A stretch of 60,653 nucleotides of DNA, filler included, from Nemertoderma westbladi (Eukaryota > Animalia > Xenacoelomorpha), in the NCBI GenBank assembly GCA_032718475.1. It is 3 parts of 3 records of this genome, joined end to end, with 100 filler letters (N's around TTAATTAATTAA, not from the genome) between each part and the next. Parts side by side here need not be neighbours in the genome. Positions count along the whole stretch, not along the records: positions 49,207 to 60,653 come from JAUCBJ010007857.1; 2 more parts are not named here. One strand, given 5' to 3'. Below the pieces are notes generated by a model. The model saw nothing but the letters and a program-made list of their open reading frames with translations. It did not search any database and was not told the DNA's origin. Both the position numbers and the translations under genes were made by a program. Each line of letters starts with the position of its first letter. Position 1 is the first letter of the stretch. Positions 60,351 to 60,653 of the stretch are shown in pieces.

Positions 60351-60653
60351 TTAAGTTGCTTAATTTATCATTGAATAAATATTGATAATTTTTTAAAAAC
60401 TAATTAACTTATAATTTAATTAAAAAAACATGGAACGTCGTCAATTACGCAGTCGTCGCCTTCAGCAAAACTAACAAACCTACGGAAGAGGATGATTTAG
60501 CAGATAAAATAATAGATGGTTTCTCGGACTTTCTTAGTCGAAGAGAAAGTAAACTTCGTTAAAATACAGCGAGAACCCTGGGATAGTGCGATGCGTTAAA
60601 GGAAGCGATATTACGGAAGATGAGGTGCGACTTAGAGGGATCCCTAATCCCTT

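Overview
AT-rich animal (probably marine invertebrate) genomic DNA dominated by nested transposable elements. Two N-gaps contain an artificial-looking TTAATTAATTAA linker (17340-17439, 49107-49206), so adjacency across them is not trustworthy. Host genes, several missed by the ORF track: a minus-strand gene with a calcium-binding EGF exon and a fibrinogen-related (FReD) exon; the last three exons (M3 to M4) of a glycine-receptor-like Cys-loop chloride channel; and a tight plus-strand pair of intronless mitochondrial Fe-S genes, FDX2 and LYRM7. Mobile elements: a non-autonomous P-like element holding a full-length CRE retrotransposon; a Maverick/Polinton end (pPolB, PC4-like ORF, AGTAGT terminus) inserted in the gag of a large BEL/Pao element; a CR1/L2-group LINE inside that BEL, itself split by a Tc1/mariner MITE; a second BEL 5' half; an RTE with a 60-bp TSD; and several hAT/MULE-like MITEs. 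The most unusual system is the first BEL/Pao element. Instead of env it carries a ~1065-aa accessory ORF with a WRN/EXD-type DEDDy 3'-5' exonuclease and three CCHC knuckles. It also has a ~22-nt semi-palindromic motif repeated 8 times along its length and a tRNA-like Pol III cassette in its putative 3' LTR. All calls come from reading motifs by eye; no database search was run.
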